In this document: one piece after another, positions 7,365-17,085 of the stretch
Layout of the letters: every line of letters begins with the position of its first letter
Numbering within the stretch: the stretch's first letter is position 1
Source: Promethearchaeota archaeon
GTDB taxonomy: Archaea; Asgardarchaeota; Lokiarchaeia; Sigyniarchaeales; SOKP01
Assembly (NCBI GenBank): GCA_016926735.1
Contig: JAFGOA010000208.1
Span: forward strand, 1-17,905
Length of the DNA stretch: 17,905 nucleotides
Direction of reading: 5' to 3'
Notes under the pieces: generated by a model
Seen by the model: the letters and a program-made list of their open reading frames with translations, nothing else
The model's database searches: none
Told to the model about the DNA's origin: nothing
Made by a program: the position numbers and the translations under genes

Positions 7365-9170
7365 TCAATTTAAACACTTTTTTACATCATTTAATATTTT
7401 CTTAGTTTCATTTAAATTTGCTATATCCTCTATTTCTTCCAGATAATTAATAGCATTTTTTAAATTAGTAATAGCTTTACCATAATCTTTTAATTTGAAA
7501 TAAGTTTCCCCTATTTCTGTTAATATTTTTCCTAATGCTACCCGATCTTCAAGTTTTTGAATAATTTGATAAGATTGTCGATAAAATTCTAAAGCTTCGG
7601 AGTATTTATTTTGATCCTTATAAATATCACCTATATTCTTAAGACGGATACTTCTACCTGATAGATTACCTACTTTTTTATCAAAATTTAATGCTTCTTC
7701 AAATTTTTCAATTGCTTTCTTAAAGTCTTTTTGTTTTGAATATACTAATCCTATATTATTAATACGAACTCCCATACCCCGATAATCACCTCTCATTTTT
7801 GCTATTTCTAAAGCTTGATTAAAATATTCTAAAGCTTTATCTAAGTTGCCTTGTTCTAAATTTATTATTCCAATATTATTTAATCTAACCGCCTTTAATG
7901 GTAGATCCTTACATCTCTCATCAATATTTAACGCATCTTCATAATATTTTAAGGCTTTATCATAGTTTTTTTGATTATAATAAAATATTCCTAATAAGTT
8001 CAGAAATTCAGATTCCATTCGTTCTGAATTCTCTTTTTTTGCTTTCTCTAATCCTTCTTCTGCACATCGTAAAAAATCCTTTATGAGTCCTAATTCTAAA
8101 TAAATATCAGACGTACATTTCCATTTTAATAATGATGGGATTTTCGTAAATTTCTCTTTTAAATATATTTCGAAAGATATAGGTGGTTCTATGCCTTTAT
8201 CTTCTAAGGAAGTTATTTTTGGTAGATTATTGTCTGGTAATAATAATTTCCATAAATTATTTTTAATAAAACTACCTGTATTTGTTTTTATTATATAGAC
8301 TTCTGCTTCTGTATTTGAACTTATTTCCGCTAAGAGACGCTCTGTCTGGGATAAATTTTTTGGAATCACAAAAGCATGTTTTGGATTAAATTCAAATATT
8401 TCTATATCATCATTTGATTGATGTTCAATCCATATAATTCTTTTAATATTATGTAATTGTCTAAGCATTGGTGCTATATCAAAATCATCTCTTCCAGAAT
8501 ATCCCATAACGATTAAGATATTATCATCACAAGTTTCTATAAATGAAGATTTCTTATATGGTTCTAGCGAAAGGAATTTATTTCCTTTTCCAAAAGCGCT
8601 CATGGTTGTAACTAATGATTCTGTGGTTTTTATATTAGTAATTACATTTCTTTTTGCACCATGAAGTTTATAAAGAGGATATTTTCCATTTTGAAAAGTA
8701 CCAAATGGATTCTTATAAGTAGTATAATCAATTTTAGTTATAACTGGAATAATATTTAAAATTTTATCATTATCTACTATTTCTTTTAAAGCATATTCGA
8801 TTAAATAATCAAAATTTGTAGTATATAGTGCATGTCCATTTTTGATAATATTAGCAAAAAAGAAATGATTTAGATTTGGTTGAGTTATTAGATCAAAATA
8901 ATTCATAAATTCTAAATTATAATCAATATAACGTTGAATAATTTCAGCAATCATTTCATACCTTAAACTTTTTATTTCAATTAAATTTTCAATTTCTTCT
9001 TCAGGAGCACATAAATATAATAAATTTGATATAAATTGAGTTGCTGGCAGAAGATTTGTTGGAAAATCTATTGAGATACCGGCTCCAACTAAAAAAACCA
9101 AATTCTTCTTTGATGGAATTAATATTTCCAAATTATTTTCATATTTTTTAATAAGTTGTTTTTCGCTCAT
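7365..9170 (-). CDS. SIR2-like (SIR2_2) NAD-binding domain fused to C-terminal TPR repeats
   Basis: VFLVGAGIS, YTTNFDYLIE, LYKLHG, VMGYSGRDDFDI. The C-terminus has about five 40-aa repeats of the type LNNIG.I....G....ALEYF.QAL.I. Confidence 0.88.
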   Translation of the reverse strand: MSEKQLIKKYENNLEILIPSKKNLVFLVGAGISIDFPTNLLPATQFISNLLYLCAPEEEIENLIEIKSLRYEMIAEIIQRYIDYNLEFMNYFDLITQPNLNHFFFANIIKNGHALYTTNFDYLIEYALKEIVDNDKILNIIPVITKIDYTTYKNPFGTFQNGKYPLYKLHGAKRNVITNIKTTESLVTTMSAFGKGNKFLSLEPYKKSSFIETCDDNILIVMGYSGRDDFDIAPMLRQLHNIKRIIWIEHQSNDDIEIFEFNPKHAFVIPKNLSQTERLLAEISSNTEAEVYIIKTNTGSFIKNNLWKLLLPDNNLPKITSLEDKGIEPPISFEIYLKEKFTKIPSLLKWKCTSDIYLELGLIKDFLRCAEEGLEKAKKENSERMESEFLNLLGIFYYNQKNYDKALKYYEDALNIDERCKDLPLKAVRLNNIGIINLEQGNLDKALEYFNQALEIAKMRGDYRGMGVRINNIGLVYSKQKDFKKAIEKFEEALNFDKKVGNLSGRSIRLKNIGDIYKDQNKYSEALEFYRQSYQIIQKLEDRVALGKILTEIGETYFKLKDYGKAITNLKNAINYLEEIEDIANLNETKKILNDVKKCLN

Positions 9171-9246
9171 GATTTTATTTTATGAGATTATTATCTAATT
9201 ATTTTAATATTAAATTCATAAGAAGATAATAGATATTAAACTATTG

Positions 9247-9294
9247 AAAAAAAAAATTTGATTGTCTTATTTGGTATCTGCATGTTTAAGACAA
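9247..9294 (-). terminator. Hairpin plus T10 tract downstream of the S9 peptidase gene (possible terminator or operator)
   Basis: Inverted repeat TTGTCTTA (9262-9269) / TAAGACAA (9287-9294) with a 17-nt spacer, followed on the minus strand by ten T's (9247-9256). Confidence 0.45.
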
Positions 9295-9317
9295 AATCGT
9301 TCTAAAGTAATTTAATA

Positions 9318-11252
9318 TTATTTTTGAAGTAGCTTTTTATAAAATTCAGCTTCTTTTGTTAAAGCATCTATTTTATTTTCTTTAATTCTAAAACCATGGG
9401 CTTCTTTTTCATATTCATAATAATAATTCTCAATTCCTTTTTTCGTTAATATTTCTGCTATCTCTCGAGAGTTATTAGGTGTTACAATTTTATCTTCACT
9501 TCCTTGAAATATAATCATAGGTGCTTTGAGATTGTCCAAGTGGTTTTTTGGAGATCTTTCTTTAAAGATTTCTATATTATCCTCTATTGTTCCACCGACC
9601 AAAGTATTTATATATTGAGATTCAAATTTATGAGTATATTTTACCAATGTTATCAAGTTTCCAATTCCAAAATAACTTGCTCCTGCTTGAAATAAATCAG
9701 GAAACATTGTTAATATTCGTTGTACTGCGTAACCTCCCGCACTCCCTCCTGTTATTACACATTTTTTATTATCAATAAACCCAAGATGCTCTAAATATTC
9801 GATTCCATTTTTAATATCATACATATCTATAATACCCCACTTTCCTTTAAGAGAGTCTCGAAAACTACGTCCATATCCCGTACTTCCATGATAATCTATG
9901 TCAAATACAGCAAAACCAGAGCTAGTCCAAAACTGTGTCATGAGTGATAAAGACGTATAAGTTCTTGCAGTAGGACCACCATGTATTCGAACGATTAATG
10001 GTGGTTTTGTTTTTAAGGGTTTTACATAATTATGATTCTTAGGAAGATATAAATGTCCATAAATGCGATCTTTATTCTTATTTGTAAATGAACATAATCT
10101 GGAGCATGATATCGAATTAATAGGGAAATTCAATTCTGAACTCTTCTTAATAAGCTGTAACTTTCCATTATAAAGGTTATATTTATAGATCGATGAGATA
10201 TTCTGAGGTCCAGCAGCTATAAATGCAATTGAATTATTGTTGAGTTTTGTAATCGATGAATATTCTGTAAAAGGAAGCTTCAAATCATGAATTTGATGAG
10301 TTTTAATATCAATCCTATTTAATTTCATTTCTCCTTTTAAAAGATAAGATATTATAATTGTATCTCGGTCAAAAAAAATATATTTTCTTTCTCCAAAAAA
10401 CCATAAAGGGTCTCCAAATTCTTTAAGTTCCCATGTTAAAGGATTAATTTTTGTATCATAATAGTATAGATTCCACCAATTTTTATAATTATTAGAATAA
10501 ATTCCTCCCTTATCCATTATAAAAAATAATTGATTTTTAAGGCTATATTCTGGAAAACAAATTGAAATATTTGGTTTATTTATTAATTCTTTAGGATTTT
10601 CAATATAAGAACCTTTAAAATCCCCCTCCCAAAGAATTGTTTGATCCCAAGGCATATTAGGAAGATTCCAAGTAGTCCATGCTATTTTTTTCCCATCCTT
10701 TGATATTTGTGGTGTTCCATAAAAATCAAATCCTTTATGTAGAATAATAGGTTCACTTATATCATCTATTCTCAAATCTAGACAAGCAAGATAATTTTCA
10801 TTCTCTTTTTCTTTATACTCTTTTTCATATATAAAAATTAAAAAATCTCTGTCTGGAGAGCTAATTATGGCCCCATACTTACCTAATGATCCATCTTTAT
10901 TCTTTTCTGGTGTTATTGGATGAATAATTGTGGGATCTAAAAGACTTTGTTTGTATAATCGTTGATCTTGAAAATTAGCGAAATAAATATAATCATTATT
11001 AATTGTATAAGCAATACCTCCATATTCATGGACCCTAGTTCTTAAATAATAATTCTTTAAAGTAATATCTTGAAAGCTATCCTTAGATATTTCTCTAACT
11101 AAGACGGTTCTTCCCTTTTCTGAGGGCCTTGTTTCAAGCCAAAATAAGGTATTATTAAAAAAGTTTAAACCACTAAATCCTATTAAATCTGAGAATACTT
11201 CTTCAGGAGTAATAAGTGGTTTCCAGTTAATATATTCTGTTTTATCTGACAT
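9318..11252 (-). CDS. S9 family (prolyl oligopeptidase / acylaminoacyl peptidase-like) serine peptidase
   Basis: RTRVHEYGG, MPWD, IHGGPT, GSTGYGR, nucleophile GGSAGG, FQGSEDKIV (Asp), EAHGFR (His); N-terminal beta-propeller-length region; no signal peptide. Confidence 0.95.
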   Translation of the reverse strand: MSDKTEYINWKPLITPEEVFSDLIGFSGLNFFNNTLFWLETRPSEKGRTVLVREISKDSFQDITLKNYYLRTRVHEYGGIAYTINNDYIYFANFQDQRLYKQSLLDPTIIHPITPEKNKDGSLGKYGAIISSPDRDFLIFIYEKEYKEKENENYLACLDLRIDDISEPIILHKGFDFYGTPQISKDGKKIAWTTWNLPNMPWDQTILWEGDFKGSYIENPKELINKPNISICFPEYSLKNQLFFIMDKGGIYSNNYKNWWNLYYYDTKINPLTWELKEFGDPLWFFGERKYIFFDRDTIIISYLLKGEMKLNRIDIKTHQIHDLKLPFTEYSSITKLNNNSIAFIAAGPQNISSIYKYNLYNGKLQLIKKSSELNFPINSISCSRLCSFTNKNKDRIYGHLYLPKNHNYVKPLKTKPPLIVRIHGGPTARTYTSLSLMTQFWTSSGFAVFDIDYHGSTGYGRSFRDSLKGKWGIIDMYDIKNGIEYLEHLGFIDNKKCVITGGSAGGYAVQRILTMFPDLFQAGASYFGIGNLITLVKYTHKFESQYINTLVGGTIEDNIEIFKERSPKNHLDNLKAPMIIFQGSEDKIVTPNNSREIAEILTKKGIENYYYEYEKEAHGFRIKENKIDALTKEAEFYKKLLQK

Positions 11253-11521
11253 ATTGTTATTATGAATTATTTATATAGAAGGAATAAGAAATAAAAATAG
11301 TTATATTTTATTCTTCTCAAAATTTATTTTAAACAAAAGTAACAATTGGACTATATAACCTAATCATTATTTTATAGATATTTTATAAATAATTGAAAGG
11401 TTAGAAATAAAGTATAATTCTGTATTTAAGGTAGAATCAAATTATATATAATAAAGAAATCTATTAGATTGAAAATAAAGAATATATCGTTATAAATCGA
11501 TAATTTACTTTAAAATTGAAA

Positions 11522-14467
11522 TTACCTTCTATCATCTTTTTGACTTTTTAGCATCTCATCTATTATTTTTTTCCTTTCATTTGGATTAAGATTTGTTAAT
11601 TCTTCAATAAATTTATTTTTCTCATTGACTGGTATATTTAATTTATCTATTTTTTTTAGTTCTTTTAATTTTAAAGAAGAGATAAGATGATCTTGAATTG
11701 CAGGAGAGAATTCTAACAAATCATCAGAGTTAATAAACTGATTTATTGTTTGATCATCACTTTCAAAATTCAAATCATTTTTAGATTCTCCTAAAAATCT
11801 CTTAGAATAATGTTTTCTTCTATTAAGATAATATAAACATATTGAACAAGTGATAATAATAGATGCATTTAATATACTAAATGGTGATAAAAGATTATTT
11901 AATATTATCATAAGTATAGCTCCTAATGGATCTGGATTAGGTTCATTTCCTTCTTCAGGTGCTTTATAAATTGGATAATTATCAAGTGAATTTGCCTTTC
12001 CAGAAATGGAATAATTATCATCTCCAATCCCATCTCTATTTAAATCATATCCTATATAATCATCCCAATAATTACCTATACTTCCATTATCCCATTTATT
12101 AAAAAAACCATCATCATTCGCTTGCAATATATTATCATAAAATTCGTTAAGAAAAATAAGATTATATCCAGAGTCTTCTAATAAAGTAATTCCAATATAA
12201 TTAAGAGTGAAGTTATTATTGCTAATGGTTGAATTAATACAATTATCTAAAGAAATACCATAGATATTAGTGCTAATAATATTTGAATCTATTGTAATGT
12301 TAAACGTGTTTAATCCTAAGAAAATCGAGAATTGATTGGATTTAAATATATTATTATTGATATAAATATTATAAATTTGAGAACTAGTATTTGTATTACT
12401 TATGTATATCCCATAATATGGATTGTTTTCTATTATATTGCTATTAATATCTATTTCTTTCGAATCTATAATCTTAATTCCATATATTAAATTCTCTGAG
12501 ATTATATTATTTTCTAATAATAAGTTATAAACAGAATTAATATTAATCCCACAATTTAAATCAGAAACTATGTTATTATCTAAAATTATATTCTCACTAA
12601 AACTTATATTAATTCCACATAAAGTATTTTGATTTATGCTATTGTTTATAATATCTATTTTTATCGAATTCTTTATATTGATTCCTATTTGATGATTATT
12701 TATAATTGTGTTATTGATTATATCGCTATTATTGCATAAATCACTAAAATATATACCATGAATTATATTATTGAAGATAGTATTATTCTTGATCATAATG
12801 CAATTATCTTCTGATAGATAGATCCCACTATTGTTATTTTCACTAATCTGATTTTCTTCAATAGAAAGATTAAAACTTTTTTCTATTGTTAATCCATTAT
12901 CATAATTAGCAGAAATGCAATTATTGGTGATATAACTATTATTTGTATTGTAAATAAAGAAACTACTAATAGTATTGTTAGTAGCGATGTTATTATTTAG
13001 AGTTATATTATTTGAATAAAAAATTAATACACTAAAAGATGAATTTGAAATTTTAAAATTTGAAACAATTGAATGATTACAATTAATAAGTATAATCTGC
13101 CCAGGAGAGTCGGGATTTGTAAAATTATTAGAATTTAAATATGAGGAATTTACAAAATAATAAATAGGTTTGTCATTTACTTTATTAGTTGTATCAATTT
13201 TATAAGAAGTAAGGTCTACTAATGAATTTTCTTTATTTAAAAAGATCCCACACATTTTTAATTCATTGTTTCTTATTACTTGATTTTCTCCATTTCCATT
13301 AAAATAAATTCCAAACTCGCATCTATCTAAAGTATTATCAGAATAATTACCATTGTTGGTGTAAGGATCTATAAATAATCCATATTTACATGAAATTATT
13401 GTATTATTAGTAAGAGTTGAATTATTTCCATAATCAATAATCCCACAATAATTAGAATTTTCTATAATATTATCTTTCACTAAAGATTTATTAACTCTAT
13501 ATGTGATTTCAATCCCTTTATTTTGAATATCACTAAAGATATTATCATCTATTGTATTATTTATTGATTCTGTATCGAGTTTATAACCAATTGTATATGG
13601 ATATATTATAATTCCTCCTATACTACAATTAGAAAACTCATTTTTTTTGATAATATTATTATGACCACCAAAATTAATACCATATTCCAATGTGTTTAAC
13701 TTATTTTCTGAAATTGTTGTATTTTGTGTATTACCATAAATACCATGACCAACTTCACTATTGCTTATATTATTTTTAAATATAATTGAATTATTACTAT
13801 AGAAAAGGTCGATTCCATGTATTCTATTAGAATTAATAATATTTTCTTCAATTGTACAATTTTTACTATAAAATAATTCAATTCCATTCCTAATATTATC
13901 ATTAACGTTATTTTGAATTATTGTACAATTTTGACTATTTTTTAAAATAATTCCTACACCTCCATTATTAGAACAATTATTTTCTATTATTTTTCCATTA
14001 CTTACATTTTCTAATAGAATTCCCCCTACATAATCAGGATATTCTAAATCAAATTTCGAATTTGACAAATCGCAATTTTTAATGATAAAACTTTTATTAG
14101 AATTACATATAGTAATTGGAGTGTTTTCATAATTTCCATTTATAGATACATTTTCAATAATAAATGGATCATTCCATGTACCAAAACCACTACACCAATC
14201 TTCATTTACTGCCCATGTCCAGTTATGTGCACCTACTCCACTAGCACTATCATTAATAAAAATAGGTGTAGAACTGAGATCCCAATGATTTGAATTTTTA
14301 AATATATCCTTAGGATTTTGAACTATATCATTATTAGGAATGTGATGCTGTATTGAAATTGATGATATGAAAAAAAAATTGATAATAAAACTTATCAAAA
14401 ATATTGAAATTAGTGCTATAGTTTTTTTATTGAAATTTTTTCCTAAATTCTGTTTTGAGCTCTTCAT
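11522..14467 (-). CDS. Membrane-anchored right-handed parallel beta-helix (NosD/CASH-like) surface protein with a cytoplasmic C-terminal tail
   Basis: N-terminal hydrophobic segment (TIALISIFLISFIINFFFISSI); many GI.L..S.N..I..N.I..N repeats; GNYWDDY.GYDLNRDGIGD cap motif; Pro-rich linker; C-terminal TM followed by RRKH and a charged tail of about 95 aa. Confidence 0.88.
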   Translation of the reverse strand: MKSSKQNLGKNFNKKTIALISIFLISFIINFFFISSISIQHHIPNNDIVQNPKDIFKNSNHWDLSSTPIFINDSASGVGAHNWTWAVNEDWCSGFGTWNDPFIIENVSINGNYENTPITICNSNKSFIIKNCDLSNSKFDLEYPDYVGGILLENVSNGKIIENNCSNNGGVGIILKNSQNCTIIQNNVNDNIRNGIELFYSKNCTIEENIINSNRIHGIDLFYSNNSIIFKNNISNSEVGHGIYGNTQNTTISENKLNTLEYGINFGGHNNIIKKNEFSNCSIGGIIIYPYTIGYKLDTESINNTIDDNIFSDIQNKGIEITYRVNKSLVKDNIIENSNYCGIIDYGNNSTLTNNTIISCKYGLFIDPYTNNGNYSDNTLDRCEFGIYFNGNGENQVIRNNELKMCGIFLNKENSLVDLTSYKIDTTNKVNDKPIYYFVNSSYLNSNNFTNPDSPGQIILINCNHSIVSNFKISNSSFSVLIFYSNNITLNNNIATNNTISSFFIYNTNNSYITNNCISANYDNGLTIEKSFNLSIEENQISENNNSGIYLSEDNCIMIKNNTIFNNIIHGIYFSDLCNNSDIINNTIINNHQIGINIKNSIKIDIINNSINQNTLCGINISFSENIILDNNIVSDLNCGININSVYNLLLENNIISENLIYGIKIIDSKEIDINSNIIENNPYYGIYISNTNTSSQIYNIYINNNIFKSNQFSIFLGLNTFNITIDSNIISTNIYGISLDNCINSTISNNNFTLNYIGITLLEDSGYNLIFLNEFYDNILQANDDGFFNKWDNGSIGNYWDDYIGYDLNRDGIGDDNYSISGKANSLDNYPIYKAPEEGNEPNPDPLGAILMIILNNLLSPFSILNASIIITCSICLYYLNRRKHYSKRFLGESKNDLNFESDDQTINQFINSDDLLEFSPAIQDHLISSLKLKELKKIDKLNIPVNEKNKFIEELTNLNPNERKKIIDEMLKSQKDDRR

Positions 14468-14679
14468 TTGTAAAATATAAAATATATTATATCTTCATTA
14501 ATATCATAATTTTTTATATATTCAATTATCTTTTTGAACTAACAACTATAAATATGCATAAAGTAATACTTTTATCAGAAATAATTTGGACAAAAAATGA
14601 AATCTTCAAAAATCTAAAACTTTTATCATTAAAAATTATTTCTTCTTTTTGGTATCTCATTTTTCTCAATTTTTATTAT

Positions 14680-15357
14680 TTATTCCTTTTTATTATGCAT
14701 AATCTCATTGTATCTCTCATAATCTAAAATATATTTTTTTCTTTTTTTTTCATTTATTAATTCTATAATTTTAAGTTGTCTTAATTTTTCTAAATTTTTC
14801 TTAACAGTATTAAAATGCATTGAAAGTAAATTAGATATATCTGATGGACTTAAGGGATCTTCCTTTTGTTTAAGTATTTCTAATATAGATTTTACTTTAT
14901 CATTTGCAAAACAATAGTAAATAAGATCATATTTTGGATCTGAGTTATGTGAAAAAATGACTTTATGTTTTTCTATCTCAATAATTCTTATGAATTTGAA
15001 TTTTCTTAAAAAATCTAAATGCCAAATTATTTGGTTTGCCCCCACATCAAAGAATTTTCTTATATCATAATTAGTTGATCCCGGATTATTTAAAATATAT
15101 TCATATATTTTCCGTCTAAATGGATTATCTAAAACATTATCTTTCGCAATTCTTGATCCAATGATGATCTTTCTTTTTTTAATTAAATCTTTAACAATCC
15201 TTATAATCTTAGCTTTACTAAAATTCTGATTTCCTTTTAATTGATAGTTTAGGTAATGAGCTAAATCAACTATTCTTGAGATCGGTTTTCTTTTGATATA
15301 TTGCTTTATTAATTTATATACAATATTTTCATCCTTTTTTGAATAATAGATACTCAT
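14680..15357 (-). CDS. Multi-winged-helix (ArsR-like) transcriptional regulator
   Basis: VLDNPFRRKIYEYILNNPG...IRKFFDVGANQIIWHLDFLRKFKFI and ILEILKQKEDPLSPSDISNLLSMHFNTVKKNLEKLRQLKII are two clear wHTH units; the N-terminal 60 aa may be a third. Confidence 0.82.
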   Translation of the reverse strand: MSIYYSKKDENIVYKLIKQYIKRKPISRIVDLAHYLNYQLKGNQNFSKAKIIRIVKDLIKKRKIIIGSRIAKDNVLDNPFRRKIYEYILNNPGSTNYDIRKFFDVGANQIIWHLDFLRKFKFIRIIEIEKHKVIFSHNSDPKYDLIYYCFANDKVKSILEILKQKEDPLSPSDISNLLSMHFNTVKKNLEKLRQLKIIELINEKKRKKYILDYERYNEIMHNKKE

Positions 15358-15635
15358 ATGATTTCTGGAATTTTAGTTAGAGTTTAGTATATTTAAACAT
15401 AATCTCTTTGATTAGAGATTATAAAATAATTTTATATTTATCATTATATAATTTATTTTTTTTCTATATAAATTTCTAATAATGTATAAAATGTCAGTAA
15501 TTTAAGGTTTTATGGAATTTTAAAGAAGAGTTGCTATAACATTAAAAGAAAAAAAAATCAAATTAATAAATATTTATATCTGTACTATTGATTTTATGGA
15601 AAAAAGATTTATATATATAAAAAATAACAAAATCA

Positions 15636-16661
15636 TCAAAAGAGATCTATAGCATCTCTAATCATTTCATCCCAATTAAATAATTGAATAATTATAGAGA
15701 TTCCCATAATTATACCCGCATAAAAAAGAATAATAATTAAAATATCTTTATTGTTTTCGGGATAATCTTTTTTAATTAATTTTTTTAAAGATTTTTTTAA
15801 AGTTAGTGTAATTCTTTTTGGTAATCTAACCATAAATGGTGTTGTTTCTTGATATCTAATATATTGTTCTCCATATTTTTTTCTCATATTGATATCTTCA
15901 CGTAGTGATAAAGCAATTATTATAAGTATAGAAATTAAAAGAGGAAATGATCCTGATATTATAAAATCTGGCTGAAATCCATATAAACTTTGCATATCCA
16001 ACATATGATAACCATAAATCCATAAAATAAAACCAAAATATTGAGGATGTCTAGAATATCTATAAATTGAGAAATTTGCGATTTTAATTTCTTTTTTTTT
16101 CGCATATAACCAATTTAAAACACCTAATGAAAAAATAAATAAACCTATTGTTATAATTGTAAATTTAATAAAAAAACTTAAGTTTATTGTACTATAAACG
16201 CCATAAATGGAATATGAACTTATAGTATAGTCAAATAACATTACAGGAAGATCTATTGTTATTCCTAAATCTAAAATATTTATAACAGGTGTATTTAAAG
16301 GATACCATATGATAAAAAATGCCCCAAATCCTGCTAATAAGACCATTCGCGAGAAGAAAGAAGCATATGTTGGAAGAAATAATAAAAAAGAACTACTAGT
16401 TGTCAAAAAATGTTTCTTAATTAGAATTCCTATAATAGATAATAAGATAAGCGCAACAAAACAAATTACGCCTACTATTATATGAATATATGTTATTTCT
16501 GAGAGGCCTATGGGATGATACATTTCATCATAAAAATATTGATATAAAAGGTTATTGAAAATTGAAGTAATTAAATAAATTAAATAGAAAAAAGTGAAAG
16601 CAAAAATGATAGCTAAAATAAATAAATTATATTGACTTTGATATTTTCTATCTTCATTCAT
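15636..16661 (-). CDS. Isoprenylcysteine carboxyl methyltransferase (ICMT/PEMT/DUF1295)-like integral membrane protein
   Basis: IYRYSRHPQYFGFILW and LREDINMRKKYGEQYIRYQETTPFM motifs; multiple TM segments. Confidence 0.8.
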   Translation of the reverse strand: MNEDRKYQSQYNLFILAIIFAFTFFYLIYLITSIFNNLLYQYFYDEMYHPIGLSEITYIHIIVGVICFVALILLSIIGILIKKHFLTTSSSFLLFLPTYASFFSRMVLLAGFGAFFIIWYPLNTPVINILDLGITIDLPVMLFDYTISSYSIYGVYSTINLSFFIKFTIITIGLFIFSLGVLNWLYAKKKEIKIANFSIYRYSRHPQYFGFILWIYGYHMLDMQSLYGFQPDFIISGSFPLLISILIIIALSLREDINMRKKYGEQYIRYQETTPFMVRLPKRITLTLKKSLKKLIKKDYPENNKDILIIILFYAGIIMGISIIIQLFNWDEMIRDAIDLF

Positions 16662-16813
16662 TTTAATTCAACAGTATATATTTTAATTATGACCTATTTA
16701 AAAATTTCTAAAATAGCATTATATAATGCAATGAATAAAATCGATAAGAAAATACTATATAATGAACTTATATAAATTTAAAAATTAATGAATGAAAAAA
16801 TAAATTAAGTTAA

Positions 16814-17071
16814 CTATTTAAACATAGTTAGGATTAATGTAGTTGTAGCTGTTATAATAGAATAAAGGTCTTTTCGAGAGTTCCATATCTCTCTTTTTTC
16901 TTTCTTTACTTCTTTTTCGATATTTGATTCAAATAACAGATTATATATTATAATTTTTAATTTAGTGATAAAATATTCTAATTCTTTTGCTTCTTCCTTA
17001 TGTTTTTTTTCTTTATTGTGCTCTAGATCTGATTTATGGTTAATATCTAAGTTCTTTAATTCATAACGATT
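16814..17071 (-). pseudogene. Start-less 85-codon open frame (probable gene remnant), not in the ORF track
   Basis: Manual translation: NRYELKNLDINHKSDLEHNKEKKHKEEAKELEYFITKLKIIIYNLLFESNIEKEVKKEKREIWNSRKDLYSIITATTTLILTMFK*. It has the K/E-rich composition of real genes here and is bounded upstream by an in-frame TAA with no usable ATG/GTG/TTG. Confidence 0.45.
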
Positions 17072-17085
17072 TTAAGAAAATATAT

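Noticed and set aside
7365-9170. Avs/STAND NTPase or classical sirtuin deacylase
   Set aside because: No Walker A motif is visible between SIR2 and the TPRs, and there is no zinc-binding CxxC pair of CobB-type sirtuins.
1804-9170. Nudix-NMNAT and SIR2-TPR as one NAD depletion/regeneration system
   Set aside because: They are on opposite strands and separated by 4.4 kb of unrelated core genes; the shared NAD theme alone does not support linkage.
7898-9778. Short plus-strand ORFs 7898-8086, 9504-9695 and 9587-9778
   Set aside because: Antisense to the SIR2-TPR and S9 peptidase genes, with no coding features.
11484-11503. Imperfect dyad TATCG-N8-CGATA downstream of the beta-helix gene
   Set aside because: The arms are too short to be distinguished from chance in AT-rich DNA.
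11960-14200. CRISPR array, tandem DNA repeat or DGR target in the ATT/AAT-rich region
   Set aside because: The periodicity is explained by Asn/Ile-rich beta-helix codons; I saw no identical DNA repeats, template repeat or reverse transcriptase.
14455-14727. 90-aa hydrophobic plus-strand ORF
   Set aside because: It overlaps both flanking minus-strand genes, and its I/F/Y/N/K composition is what AT-rich non-coding DNA translates to.
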